Positions 37,772 to 49,744 of a stretch of 64,000 bases of DNA are shown here, piece after piece (the first letter of the stretch is position 1; each line of letters opens with the position of its first letter). Below the pieces are notes generated by a model. That model was not told the origin of the DNA. It saw nothing but the letters and a program-made list of their open reading frames with translations, and did not search any database. The translations under genes and the position numbers were made by a program. Source of the stretch: Meiothermus sp. (GTDB lineage: Bacteria > Deinococcota > Deinococci > Deinococcales > Thermaceae); contig JANRLD010000039.1 in NCBI GenBank assembly GCA_033762915.1, positions 1 to 64,000 of the forward strand, written 5' to 3'.

Positions 37772-38323
37772 ATGACCCAGCGCGAGTTCATCAACCGGGT
37801 GGGGAGCCTCTACACGCGGGTGGGCCGTCCCCCCCTCGAGGGTCGCTTCGTGGCCCTGCTGCTGCTGGCCGAGGGGCCGGTGGCGGTGGCTCGGGCGGCG
37901 GAGCAGTTGGGGGTGACGCGGCAGGCCCTCCAGCGGCTGGCGGTGGAGATGCTCGAGCGCGGCGACCTCAAGCGCGAGGGCGAGTTTTCCACCAAGCGGC
38001 ACCTCTATAGCCTGGCCGACCACGCCTACTCCCGCGACCTCCGCGCTCACCTCGACGCCATCACCGAGGTCTCCGAGCTGGCCGAGGAGATGCTGGGCAG
38101 GGCCCGCGCGGGGGGCGATGCGGCCCTCCACCTTCGCGCCCACGCCGAACTCACCCGCCGCGCCGCCGAGTCGCTGCGCGGGCTGGTGGAAAGCCACGAG
38201 CGGGCCCGCGAGGCCGACCTCGAGGCCCACCTCGAGCGTAACTGGGATGCAGTGCCCGCGCGCCGGGGGGCGGGAAGCATGGGTGGGGGTGAACGGGAGG
38301 AGGGGAAGAAAGAGAGCAACTGA
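37772..38323 (+). CDS. GbsR/MarR-like regulator
   Basis: EFINRVG..G.PPLEGR..LLL and HTH AEQLGVTRQAL. Confidence 0.7.
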   Translation: MTQREFINRVGSLYTRVGRPPLEGRFVALLLLAEGPVAVARAAEQLGVTRQALQRLAVEMLERGDLKREGEFSTKRHLYSLADHAYSRDLRAHLDAITEVSELAEEMLGRARAGGDAALHLRAHAELTRRAAESLRGLVESHERAREADLEAHLERNWDAVPARRGAGSMGGGEREEGKKESN

Positions 38324-38726
38324 CGGTAGTTGCTACCTTTACGCCTCGCCGCTTGAGGCGATACAGCGGGCGTCAGTTACCCTGAACATCCAGGTCTTAG
38401 GGTGCGGGGTATTCAAGGTAAGCGCTGTGAGCAGAGGGTCCTGCTGGCTTTGCCGTAGGGCGAATCCAACCCACAGCCGGAACGCAGCTTGGGCCCGGCG
38501 AATGCGTGGGGGCCGAGGTCCCACCCCGCAGCTTCGAGTTGGTGCGGGTCTTCGCTGGCGGCAAGCCCTCGAGGCTGCCGACTCGAGCCGCAGCGGGGCG
38601 GGCTAGATGATGCGACGTTCTTTGGTCGCGGGCGTCTTTTGGGTTTGCTCTCCCTCCGCTCTGCCGATGCAATCCGCTAATTGCTGATGACCCCCTGAGC
38701 CCCCATCTCTGTTACCCTGGTTTTCT

Positions 38727-41700
38727 GTGAAAAGGGCGCTGCCCCGACCCATAGGCCTTGATCTCGGCTCGCCGGGCGCGGCCTTTTTCCTCGAGCACAC
38801 TTCCGAGGCGGTGGTGGTGGTCGAGGGCGATGCTGTGGCCTACCTCAACCCCGCTGCCGAGCGGGCGCTGGGGCGACGGCGGGAGGCGCTGTTGGGCTGC
38901 CCGGCGGCGGAGGTCTTCCCGGAGGGGCTCTCGTGCGAACTCGAGGGGGCCTACCGGCGGGCCCTGCGGGCGCGTCGAGGCACCGAACTCGAGACCTTTT
39001 GCGCGGCGCTGGGCGGCTGGTTCGAACTGCGGATCGTCCCCACGGAAGGCGGCGCGGCGGTCTTCTTCCGCGACGTGACCCTGCGCCGTACCCAAGAGGA
39101 GGCCCTGCACGAGGCCACCGAACGCTTGCGCGCCACCTTCGAGCAGGCCGCGGTGGGCATTGCCCATGTCAGCCAGGACGGCAGCTGGCTGCGGGTCAAC
39201 CGGCGGCTGTGCGAGATACTGGGCTACCCCGAGGCCGACCTGATCCAGAAGACCTTCCAGGAGGTCACCCACCCCGACGACCTTGAGGCCGACCTCGAGC
39301 GCGTGGGCCAGTTGGTGGCAGGGGAGATCGCCAGCTACGCCATCGAGAAGCGCTACCTGCGCCGCGACGGCGCGACGGTCTGGGCCAACCTGATCGTCTC
39401 GCTGGTGCGCGGCGCGGCGGGCGAACCGCTGTACTTCATCGCGGTGGTTGAGGACATCACCCAGCGCAAGTGGGCCGAGGAGCGGCTGCGGCTTCAGGAG
39501 GCGCACTACCGCCGGGCGCTCGAGGACTCGGGCCTGCTGGCGGCCCGCGTGGACGCCGACCTACGTTACACCTGGGTCTACAACCCCCACCCCGAATTCG
39601 ACCCCGACAGCCTGGTGGGTAAGCGCGACGACGAACTTGCCCGCAACCCCGGCATCGATCAGCTCGTGTCGCTCAAGCAGCGGGTTCTCGAGACCGTCCA
39701 GGTTCACCGCGACGAGATCACCTTCCCGCTCAGCGACGGGCTGCACACCTACGAGATCAAAGCGGTGCCGCTCCTTGACCCCGGCGGCCGGATCTCCGGG
39801 CTGACCACTGTCTCGCAGGACATCACCGATATGCGCCGGGTCGAGAGCGCCTTGGCCGAGGAGCGCGCCCGCTCGGCGGCGGTGCTCGAGAACGTCCCGG
39901 CGGTGGCCTTTCTCAAAGACATGGCCGGCCGCTACACCTACGTCAATCCAGGCTTCGAGCGGCTCTTCGGCCTGCGGCTCGAGTGTGTGCTGGGCAGGAC
40001 CGACCTCGAGCTGTTCGGCCCCCAGATAGCCCAGGCACTGGCCGAAAACGACCAGCGGGTGCTCGAGAGCGGGGCTGCGTGGGAGTTTGAGGAGAGCGCC
40101 GACCTCTCGGGGGTTCGGGTGGTCTATAGCTCGGTCAAGTTCGTGCTACGCGGCCCGGACGGGCTGCCGACCGGCGTTGGCGGCATCTCGGTGGACATCA
40201 CCGAGCGCAAGCGGGCCGAGGAGGAGTTGCGCCAGACCACGGCCCAGCTCGAGGCTCTCCTCGACAATCTCCCATTGGGGGTGGCCCTGTTCGACCGCGA
40301 CCTGCGTTTCCGGCGGGTCAACGCCGCCCTGGCCCAGCTGGACGGCCTCCCCGAGGCCGAGCACGTGGGCCGCACGGTGGGGGAGATGGCCGAGCGCAAC
40401 GACTCGCCTCCGGGGTTAGCGGAGGGGGTGGAGCGGGTGCTGCGGGGGGTACTCGAGAGCGGGGAGGGGGTCTACGGCTTCGAGTTGTCCGGGCCGGTGG
40501 CCGCCGAGCCCGACCGAGTCTGCCACTCCCTGGCGAGCTGGTTCCCGGTGCGGCTGGACGGCCGCACCGAGCTGGTGGGGGCGGTTTTGGTGGACATCAC
40601 CGGGCGCAAGGAGGCCGAGCGGGAGGCGGCGCTCCTGGCAGGGCTGGGCGGCGACCTGGCCCGCCTCGAGGAGCCCGGTGAAATCATGCGGGTGGCGGGG
40701 GAGCGGGTAGCCCGCCACTTCGGGGCCTCGCGGGTCTACTTCGCCCGCCTCGACGAGGGGGCCGACACCTCTGAGGTCCTCTATGACTGGTCGGCGGAGG
40801 GCGGGGCCGGGACCGTGGGCACCTACCGGCTGGGCCGGCACTTTTCCGAGGGCTTTCTGGCCGAGCTGCGGGCCGGGCGGGTGCTGGCGGTCGACGACGT
40901 GCGAACCCACCCCATCACCCGCGACTTCGCCGAGCGCTCTCTGGCGCTGGGCATCGGGGCCTCGCTCAACGCCGCCTACCTGGTCGGGGGCCGTCTGAGA
41001 TTCCTGCTGGCGATCAGCTCACCCGCGCCGCGCAGTTGGGGTGAGGGCGAGGCCCGCCTGCTCGCGGAGCTGACCGAGCGGGTCTGGCTGCGCCTCGAGC
41101 GGGCAGAGACCGAGGCCGCTCTGAGCGAGAGCGAGCGCCGCTTCCGCGAGACCTTCGAGGGAATGCGTGCGGTGGGGGTCACGCTCGACCCCGGGGGCCG
41201 CGTCACCTTCGCCAATCGCTTCCTGCTTGAGCTGACCGGCTGGGGCGAGGCCGAGGTGCTGGGCTGTAATTGGTTCGAGCGCTTCATCCCGGAAGGCCTC
41301 GAGGTCGAGCGCATCTTCCACGAGTCCATCGCCCGGGGCGAGATCTTCTCCCACCACGAAAACGAGATCCTCACCCGCGACGGTCAGCGCCGCCTGATCT
41401 CCTGGGACAACACCCTGCTCAGGGACGCCCAAGGCCGGGTTGCGGGCACTGCCAGCGTGGGGCGCGACATCACCGACGAGTGGGCCGCCCAGGCCGCCCT
41501 CGAGGCCAGCGAGGCCCAGTTCCGCGAGCTGACCGAGAGCATCCGCGAGGTCTTCTGGCTGACCGACCCCCTCAGCGGCCGGCTGCTCTACGTCAGTCCG
41601 GCCTTCGAGGTGCTGTGGGGCCGCAGCGTGAAGGAGTTGCGCAACAACCCCCGCGCCTACCTCGAGGCCGTCCATGAGGGCGACCGCCCGCGCGTCGAGG

Positions 41701-42590
41701 CCGAGTTCCCCAAGCAGCTCCGGGGAGAGACCTACGACGTGGAGTACCGCGTCCTGCGCCCCGACGGCAGCCTGCGCTGGGTGCGCGACCGGGCCTTCCC
41801 AGTGCGCGGCGAATCGGGTGAGGTGGTGCGGGTGGCCGGCGTCGCCGAGGACATCACCGAGTACAAGCTGGCCGAGGAGGCGCTGCGCGAGAGCGAGGAG
41901 CGCTACCGCCGCCTCGCCGAGAGCCAGAAGCGCTTCGTCAACGACGCCGCCCATGAGCTGCGCGCCCCGCTCACCGCCATCCAGGGCAACTTCGAACTGC
42001 TGACCCGCTTCAAGGGGATGAAGAAGGCTGACCGCGAGGCGGCATTGGAGGAGGTCAGCGCGGAGGCCGCCCGGCTGGGCCGCCTGGTGGGCGACATGTT
42101 GGCCCTAGCCCGGGGTGACAGCGGTGCGGGCCTGCACCTCGGCCCGGTGCGCCTAGATCGGGTGCTGAGGGAGGCCTTGGAGGCCGCCAAGGGCCTGAGC
42201 CGCCAACACGACCTTCAGGCGGGCGACCTGCCCGCCCTCGAGCTGGCCGCTGACCCCGACCGCCTTAAGCAACTCGCGCTACAACTCCTCGAGAATGCCC
42301 TAAAGTATACCCCCGAGGGCGGGCAGGTGCGCCTGAGCTTGGTCCGGGACGGCGACTGGGCCGAGCTGCGTGTCGCCGACACCGGCATCGGCATCCCGCC
42401 CGAGGAGCTGAGCAAGGTCTTCGAGCGCTTCTACCGCTCGGACAAGGCCCGCAGCCGCGCCGTGGCAGGCACCGGCCTGGGCCTCCCGATCGCCCAGTGG
42501 ATTGTCGAGGCGCACGGCGGGAGGATTTGGCTCGAGAGCGAGGTCGGTAAGGGCACCACTGCCGTGGTGCGGCTGCCCCTCTCGAGGTGA
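38727..42590 (+). CDS. Multi-PAS/GAF sensor histidine kinase
   Basis: Repeated DIT.RK PAC motifs, HELRAPL, NALKYT, DTGIG, GTGLGL. Confidence 0.92.
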   Translation: MKRALPRPIGLDLGSPGAAFFLEHTSEAVVVVEGDAVAYLNPAAERALGRRREALLGCPAAEVFPEGLSCELEGAYRRALRARRGTELETFCAALGGWFELRIVPTEGGAAVFFRDVTLRRTQEEALHEATERLRATFEQAAVGIAHVSQDGSWLRVNRRLCEILGYPEADLIQKTFQEVTHPDDLEADLERVGQLVAGEIASYAIEKRYLRRDGATVWANLIVSLVRGAAGEPLYFIAVVEDITQRKWAEERLRLQEAHYRRALEDSGLLAARVDADLRYTWVYNPHPEFDPDSLVGKRDDELARNPGIDQLVSLKQRVLETVQVHRDEITFPLSDGLHTYEIKAVPLLDPGGRISGLTTVSQDITDMRRVESALAEERARSAAVLENVPAVAFLKDMAGRYTYVNPGFERLFGLRLECVLGRTDLELFGPQIAQALAENDQRVLESGAAWEFEESADLSGVRVVYSSVKFVLRGPDGLPTGVGGISVDITERKRAEEELRQTTAQLEALLDNLPLGVALFDRDLRFRRVNAALAQLDGLPEAEHVGRTVGEMAERNDSPPGLAEGVERVLRGVLESGEGVYGFELSGPVAAEPDRVCHSLASWFPVRLDGRTELVGAVLVDITGRKEAEREAALLAGLGGDLARLEEPGEIMRVAGERVARHFGASRVYFARLDEGADTSEVLYDWSAEGGAGTVGTYRLGRHFSEGFLAELRAGRVLAVDDVRTHPITRDFAERSLALGIGASLNAAYLVGGRLRFLLAISSPAPRSWGEGEARLLAELTERVWLRLERAETEAALSESERRFRETFEGMRAVGVTLDPGGRVTFANRFLLELTGWGEAEVLGCNWFERFIPEGLEVERIFHESIARGEIFSHHENEILTRDGQRRLISWDNTLLRDAQGRVAGTASVGRDITDEWAAQAALEASEAQFRELTESIREVFWLTDPLSGRLLYVSPAFEVLWGRSVKELRNNPRAYLEAVHEGDRPRVEAEFPKQLRGETYDVEYRVLRPDGSLRWVRDRAFPVRGESGEVVRVAGVAEDITEYKLAEEALRESEERYRRLAESQKRFVNDAAHELRAPLTAIQGNFELLTRFKGMKKADREAALEEVSAEAARLGRLVGDMLALARGDSGAGLHLGPVRLDRVLREALEAAKGLSRQHDLQAGDLPALELAADPDRLKQLALQLLENALKYTPEGGQVRLSLVRDGDWAELRVADTGIGIPPEELSKVFERFYRSDKARSRAVAGTGLGLPIAQWIVEAHGGRIWLESEVGKGTTAVVRLPLSR

Positions 42591-42639
42591 GTGCTCTGCC
42601 GGTGTTTTGCCGGACGGCCCGGCCGCAAACCGCCGGGCG

Positions 42640-42765
42640 GTAGGGGCAACCCCTACGTGCCTGGGCGGAGTGGCGTGCGCCATAGCCGTGGAGCGGCTAC
42701 CCGAGGCGCTATTCCTTGCGGGAGCTGGTGGGCGACATTTCGCACTGCAACTATGAAGACACTTA
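42640..42765 (+). repeat. Family A long variant with GTAG-type hairpins
   Basis: GTAGGGGCAACCCCTAC, GCCATAGCCGTGGAGCGGCTACCC, ends CTATGAAGACACTTA. Confidence 0.7.
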
Positions 42766-42833
42766 CCCTCGACCCTCGACCTCCGCCCCGCCCCAAGGCC
42801 AAACGTTTTCCCCGGTCGCGCTAGGATGTACTC

Positions 42834-44078
42834 ATGTCGTTGGCCCTGGTCGCCCTGTTGCTGCTGGTCGCCATCTTGGTGCTGGCTGCCGTGCGCAGCG
42901 ACCTCAACGCAGGAGTATTCGCGGTGGCGGTGGCCTACGGGCTGGGCCTGTGGGTGATGGGGCTGAGTGCTGCCGAGGTGGCGGCCTTCCTGCCTTCACA
43001 ACTGGTCTTGACGATTGTGGGGGTGGCGCTCTTGTTCGAGATGGCCCATCAGAACGGCACCCTCGAGCGCCTCACCGCACTGATGATCCGCCTGGTGCGC
43101 GGCAACACCCGGCTGCTGCCGATGTCCTTCTTCCTGCTCACCTTCGCCCTCTCGGCCATGGGGCCGGGCAACATCGCCGCCACCGCGCTGGTGGCCCCCG
43201 TGGCCATGCCCACTGCCGTCGCGGCCGGGCTTAGCCCCTTCCTGATGGCGGTGTTGGTTTGCACCGGGGCCAACGCCGGGGCCTTCTCGCCGGTATCGGT
43301 CACCGGCAACATCAATGCCACCCTGATTCAGAAGATCGGTCTGACCGACCCTCTGCTGCCCCTGCAGATATTTGTCATCGTGGCCCTGATCCAGTCGGTG
43401 ACGGCGGTGGCGGCTTACTGGCTGCTGGGCGGCTATCGTTTCAAGCGCAGCCCCCAACTGCCCGAAACCCCGCCGCCCCGCTTCGAGCGCCGCCATCTCC
43501 TGACTCTGGCCGCCGTCGGCGTCTTCATTCTGGCCCTGGTGGCCTTCCGGGCCCCCGCCCCGGCGGTGGCTTTCGCCCTGATTGCCTGCTTGAGCCTGCT
43601 CCGCATCGCCGATGCCGACGCCAGCATCAAGGCCCTGCCCTGGGGGGTGCTGCTGCTGATCTCCGGCCTGAGCATCCTGATCGGGCTCCTGGAGGAGGTG
43701 GGGAGCCTCGAGCTGACCACCCGCTTGCTGGCCCAAGCTGCCACCCCCCAAACCCTAAACGCCACCCTGGCCTTCTTCGCAGGACTGGCCTCGGTCGGGA
43801 GTAGCTCCTCGGGGGTGGTGATGCCCCTGTTCATCCCGCTGGCCCCGCAGATTCTGGAGCGGCTTGGCGGCGGCGACCTCGCGGCGGCGGTGATGGCCAT
43901 AGACCTGGGCTCGCACATGGTGGACGTGAGCCCGCTCTCCACGCTGGGTGCGCTGTGCCTGGCGGCCCTGCCCAGCGGCGTGAACCGCAGCCGGCTGTTC
44001 CGCAACCTGCTGCTGTGGGGTCTGGCCATGACTTTTGTGGCGGCGCTGCTGGCGTGGGTGTTCTTGGACCTGATTTGA
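42834..44078 (+). CDS. Ion/dicarboxylate transporter (SLC13/DASS-like)
   Basis: Multi-TM, GANAGAFSP, SPLSTLGA. Confidence 0.8.
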   Translation: MSLALVALLLLVAILVLAAVRSDLNAGVFAVAVAYGLGLWVMGLSAAEVAAFLPSQLVLTIVGVALLFEMAHQNGTLERLTALMIRLVRGNTRLLPMSFFLLTFALSAMGPGNIAATALVAPVAMPTAVAAGLSPFLMAVLVCTGANAGAFSPVSVTGNINATLIQKIGLTDPLLPLQIFVIVALIQSVTAVAAYWLLGGYRFKRSPQLPETPPPRFERRHLLTLAAVGVFILALVAFRAPAPAVAFALIACLSLLRIADADASIKALPWGVLLLISGLSILIGLLEEVGSLELTTRLLAQAATPQTLNATLAFFAGLASVGSSSSGVVMPLFIPLAPQILERLGGGDLAAAVMAIDLGSHMVDVSPLSTLGALCLAALPSGVNRSRLFRNLLLWGLAMTFVAALLAWVFLDLI

Positions 44079-44133
44079 GAGCCTGGAGTTGGGCCAGGGT
44101 CTGGAGATTATCACCGACGGCAGCCACCTGCCC

Positions 44134-44169
44134 AGATGCAAGCCGAGATGCAAGCCGAGATGCAAGCCC
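44134..44169. repeat. 12-bp tandem repeat x3 (AGATGCAAGCCG)
   Basis: Seen directly. Confidence 0.85.
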
Positions 44170-44300
44170 AGTCTCAACTTACGGCGTTCCCACATCCTGC
44201 GCGGAGGCCCAGGTTGGCGGGGTTCGCTACGCCCGCATTAGGGCAACACCGCTCGAGGCGCAAAGGTGGGAACTTCTTATCGCCTTCGGCTGTGGAGACC

Positions 44301-44501
44301 TTACCGCCGCGGCGGCTCCTTCGGTGTGGGGTCTTGCACGGGTGGATACGAGGGCGGCTCGGTGGGCGAAGGTGGGTCTATGATGTGCGGCCCCTCCTCG
44401 GGGATGGGAGGCAGGGGGTCGGTCGCAGGGCCGGGGAGGTCGGGCGGAAACTCGGGGACTTCCCTCGGCGGCACGGCGGGTATGGGGTCGGGCTGGGTCA
44501 C
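44301..44501 (-). CDS. Small Pro-rich protein, 66 aa
   Basis: TATCCT-N6-GTG leaderless signature. Confidence 0.5.
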   Translation of the reverse strand: MTQPDPIPAVPPREVPEFPPDLPGPATDPLPPIPEEGPHIIDPPSPTEPPSYPPVQDPTPKEPPRR

Positions 44502-44760
44502 GGCTCGAGGATAGTGGGCAGGCTCGAGGCCCGGTTTAGCCCCCGCTGAGCCTGGGTAGAGCCTGGGCCCTTCGCCGCTTCCCGCCCCCCTCATCGCGGT
44601 TCCCACCCTTACCTCCCTCGCGGCGGCGGAGTTCGGGGCTTGGTCGCTCGAGCCTTCCACCTCTCCCGCCAATTCTGAACAGTGTTCGTTACTCAACGGC
44701 CCCAACCCTCGTTCGTTCAGCTGCATCGGAAAATCCTACGGTTTCGTTTAGAATCAGCGG

Positions 44761-46017
44761 GTGCGTCTATCCCTCCCCCGCTTTATCGAAAAGGCCCTGG
44801 CCGGGCTGCCCCGCAACGCCCGCAACTCCATCCTGGTGGAGCCGATGTGGCTGCTGTTCGGGGTAGTGGTGATCTACTACGCGCCGCTCTACATGACCGG
44901 CGTGGGGCTGAGCAGCGCACAGGTGGGGATCATCGGCTCGATGGGGCTGGCCTTCGCCTTCGTCTTTCAGACCTTTGCCGCCACTATAACCAACCGCATG
45001 GGCCGCAAGCGCACCACCCTGCTGTGGGACCTGGTGGCCTGGACGATGCCGATGTTGGTCTGGGCCTTCTCGCAAAACTTCCTCACCTTCGCGCTGGCCG
45101 CACTTCTCAACGCCAGCGGGAAGATCGTCAATGTCTCCTGGAACCTGCTGGTGATCGAGGACGTTAAGCCCGCCGACCGTGCGCGGGTCTTCGGTATCCT
45201 CAACCTGCTGGGGGCCGCCGCCGGGCTGATGACCCCCGTGGTGGGGCTGCTGATCGAGCAGTATGGGGTGGTGCCGGTGCTGCGGGTCTTCTACTTTCTG
45301 GGCGCCATCAGCATGACCACCATGTTCTTCCTGCGCAACTCCATCACCGACGAGACCCACAACGGGGCTGCCGCCATGCGCGAGCATCAGGGCATCCACC
45401 CCTTCGAGAGCCTCAGGAAGAACCTCGAGCAACTCCGCGTGCTGGGCAGCACCAAGGCCCTGCCCTGGCTGGTGGGCTTCTATGCCCTGACCTTCTTCTT
45501 GGAGCAGATGAACCTGTTCCAGGTGCTGTTCTTTAGCCAGACCTTGGGCTTCGGAGCGCTGGCGGTCTCGCTGGTGCCGGTGGCGATGGCGGCGGTCACG
45601 CTGCTGCTGCACCGGCTGGTGCTGCCGCGCCTGGCGGGCCTCTCGGCCGAGCGGGCCTTGGTGATCTCGTGCGCCGTGGCCCTGGCGGGCGCGGTGCTGA
45701 TCGCGCTGATCCCCAAGGGCAACCTGTTCGCCTTGCTGCTGGCGGTCTGCGTGGCCTCGGGGGCCACCTTCCTAATCAAGACCTACCGCGAAACGGTGCT
45801 CTTCCACCACCTGCCCACCCACGGCACCGCCGACCTCTTCTCGGCGGTACAGGCCCTGACCATGCTGGTCTCGATCCCCGCGGCTGCTCTGGCCGGGGCT
45901 ATCTTCGCGGTGCAGCCGGTGGCGCTGTTCGCCCTGATCGCCGTGCTCAACCTGGTGTTGTTGGCCCTATCCTGGATGGTCGCCAGCTTCCAGCAGCAAG
46001 CCGTCCGGCCCGCCTGA
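44761..46017 (+). CDS. MFS transporter
   Basis: TNRMGRKR motif, multi-TM pattern. Confidence 0.88.
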   Translation: MRLSLPRFIEKALAGLPRNARNSILVEPMWLLFGVVVIYYAPLYMTGVGLSSAQVGIIGSMGLAFAFVFQTFAATITNRMGRKRTTLLWDLVAWTMPMLVWAFSQNFLTFALAALLNASGKIVNVSWNLLVIEDVKPADRARVFGILNLLGAAAGLMTPVVGLLIEQYGVVPVLRVFYFLGAISMTTMFFLRNSITDETHNGAAAMREHQGIHPFESLRKNLEQLRVLGSTKALPWLVGFYALTFFLEQMNLFQVLFFSQTLGFGALAVSLVPVAMAAVTLLLHRLVLPRLAGLSAERALVISCAVALAGAVLIALIPKGNLFALLLAVCVASGATFLIKTYRETVLFHHLPTHGTADLFSAVQALTMLVSIPAAALAGAIFAVQPVALFALIAVLNLVLLALSWMVASFQQQAVRPA

Positions 46018-46442
46018 CTTCCCGCTTGAGAAACCCTGCTGGTCACCAAACCCCCCGGCTTATCGGGCCGAGCGCCAACAGGCGCCGGTGTGGTTTGCGT
46101 TTTTCGCACCACCCGACCGCGACCAAGGGCCAACCGCCCACGCAATGCTGCCGAGAAGACGGCCGCCCCTGGCTCGACAAGACCCGACCTGCCGGGCACA
46201 GGTGGCAGCCGCGACTCGAGGCTCAAATGTGTGCATAGTTGAACTGCCACCTGCCACCCGCCAACTCCCGAAGTTGCGCCGGGCAAGTCTCTACCGCTTC
46301 CGCCGATTCAAAACCCTCACCCTTGAGAACCACGAAAAACCCCCCACCGTGCCGCAGGGGTGGGGCCGCCGGAACCAACTCCTGGGCCACCGCGGGTCAG
46401 GTGAAGCGCCAGACCTGTGGCGCTGAACCTGCGGCGTGCTCC

Positions 46443-48788
<2,346 letters not shown>

Positions 48789-49046
48789 AACCGTTTACTG
48801 TGGCCCCAGGGTGCGGGGCTGGAAACCATCTTAGGTTTCACCGCAGGGGGCGTCAAGCGTGGGCTTCGCGCTTCTGCTCAGGCCGGTGGCGGACGCGGCC
48901 CGTGGGTGGGCCAGGGGTGCGTGAGCGTTTAGCCCCGACCATACTCGAGCCTCGCGCCGGGTCAACCGCCTCACCGCACAGGCTCATCAACCAGCGCTAT
49001 ACTCACTCCACACCGTCTCCATCCATCGCCCCCGCTCAGGTGGAAG

Positions 49047-49412
49047 ATGAACCGGCCCCTTTTGCTCGGCGTACTGGTAGTCCTCGCCTCAGGTGCGGCG
49101 GGCTGGGGCTGGTTGCACCACCAGCGCACGGCTACGGAGTCCGCGCTGGTGGCCCCGGTGGGCCAGAGCCAGGAGGAAAAGTTCGAGGAGTTTAAGCAGC
49201 TTTGTGAGTACTACCTGCGGGAGGAATTCAAGCTGCCCGAGGCGGCACCCTTTCCCGAGCTGAGCGAGCGCGAGGTGCGGCTGCTCTCCTCGGGCTACCA
49301 CACCTTTTTCGAACTCCCCATCACCGACGCCAGTGGGAAGACCCACATTGCTCAAGTGGGCTGCGAGATGAACGGCTGGGCGGATCGCTTCGTGATCTCG
49401 ACCTACTACTGA
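49047..49412 (+). CDS. Membrane-anchored hypothetical protein
   Basis: N-terminal TM, 121 aa. Confidence 0.65.
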   Translation: MNRPLLLGVLVVLASGAAGWGWLHHQRTATESALVAPVGQSQEEKFEEFKQLCEYYLREEFKLPEAAPFPELSEREVRLLSSGYHTFFELPITDASGKTHIAQVGCEMNGWADRFVISTYY

Positions 49413-49571
49413 CAGGCTTCCCACGAATACCCCGCACATGGGTTTCTGCCTCTTAGGTATTCGTGAGAACGGCTGTCGCCTTGCCCCGTTGAAAGCCCTA
49501 GCGCAATTCACTGTGCGTTTCGTGACAGAGTGCCGCAGTGTACCCGGCACGGCAAACACCGCCCGTACTGA

Positions 49572-49673
49572 GAGCGGTTCCCACACATACTCCCTACGGC
49601 GCTAAAGTGTGCGGTTTTTGCTGAAGGGAGTACATTACCTGCCACCGCGCGGGAGGTAAGGGTGGGAAACGCA
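49572..49673 (+). mobile_element. MITE-like family B element
   Basis: Closely similar to 19781-19882. Confidence 0.8.
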
Positions 49674-49744
49674 ATGAGCGTTCGCGGGAACCGCTCTTGG
49701 GTCGACTATGCGAAAACGCCGCCGCTTCTATATCCTTATAACTG

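Noticed and set aside
44134..44169. Functional iteron or operator
   Set aside because: Simple 12-bp slippage repeat with no associated rep gene
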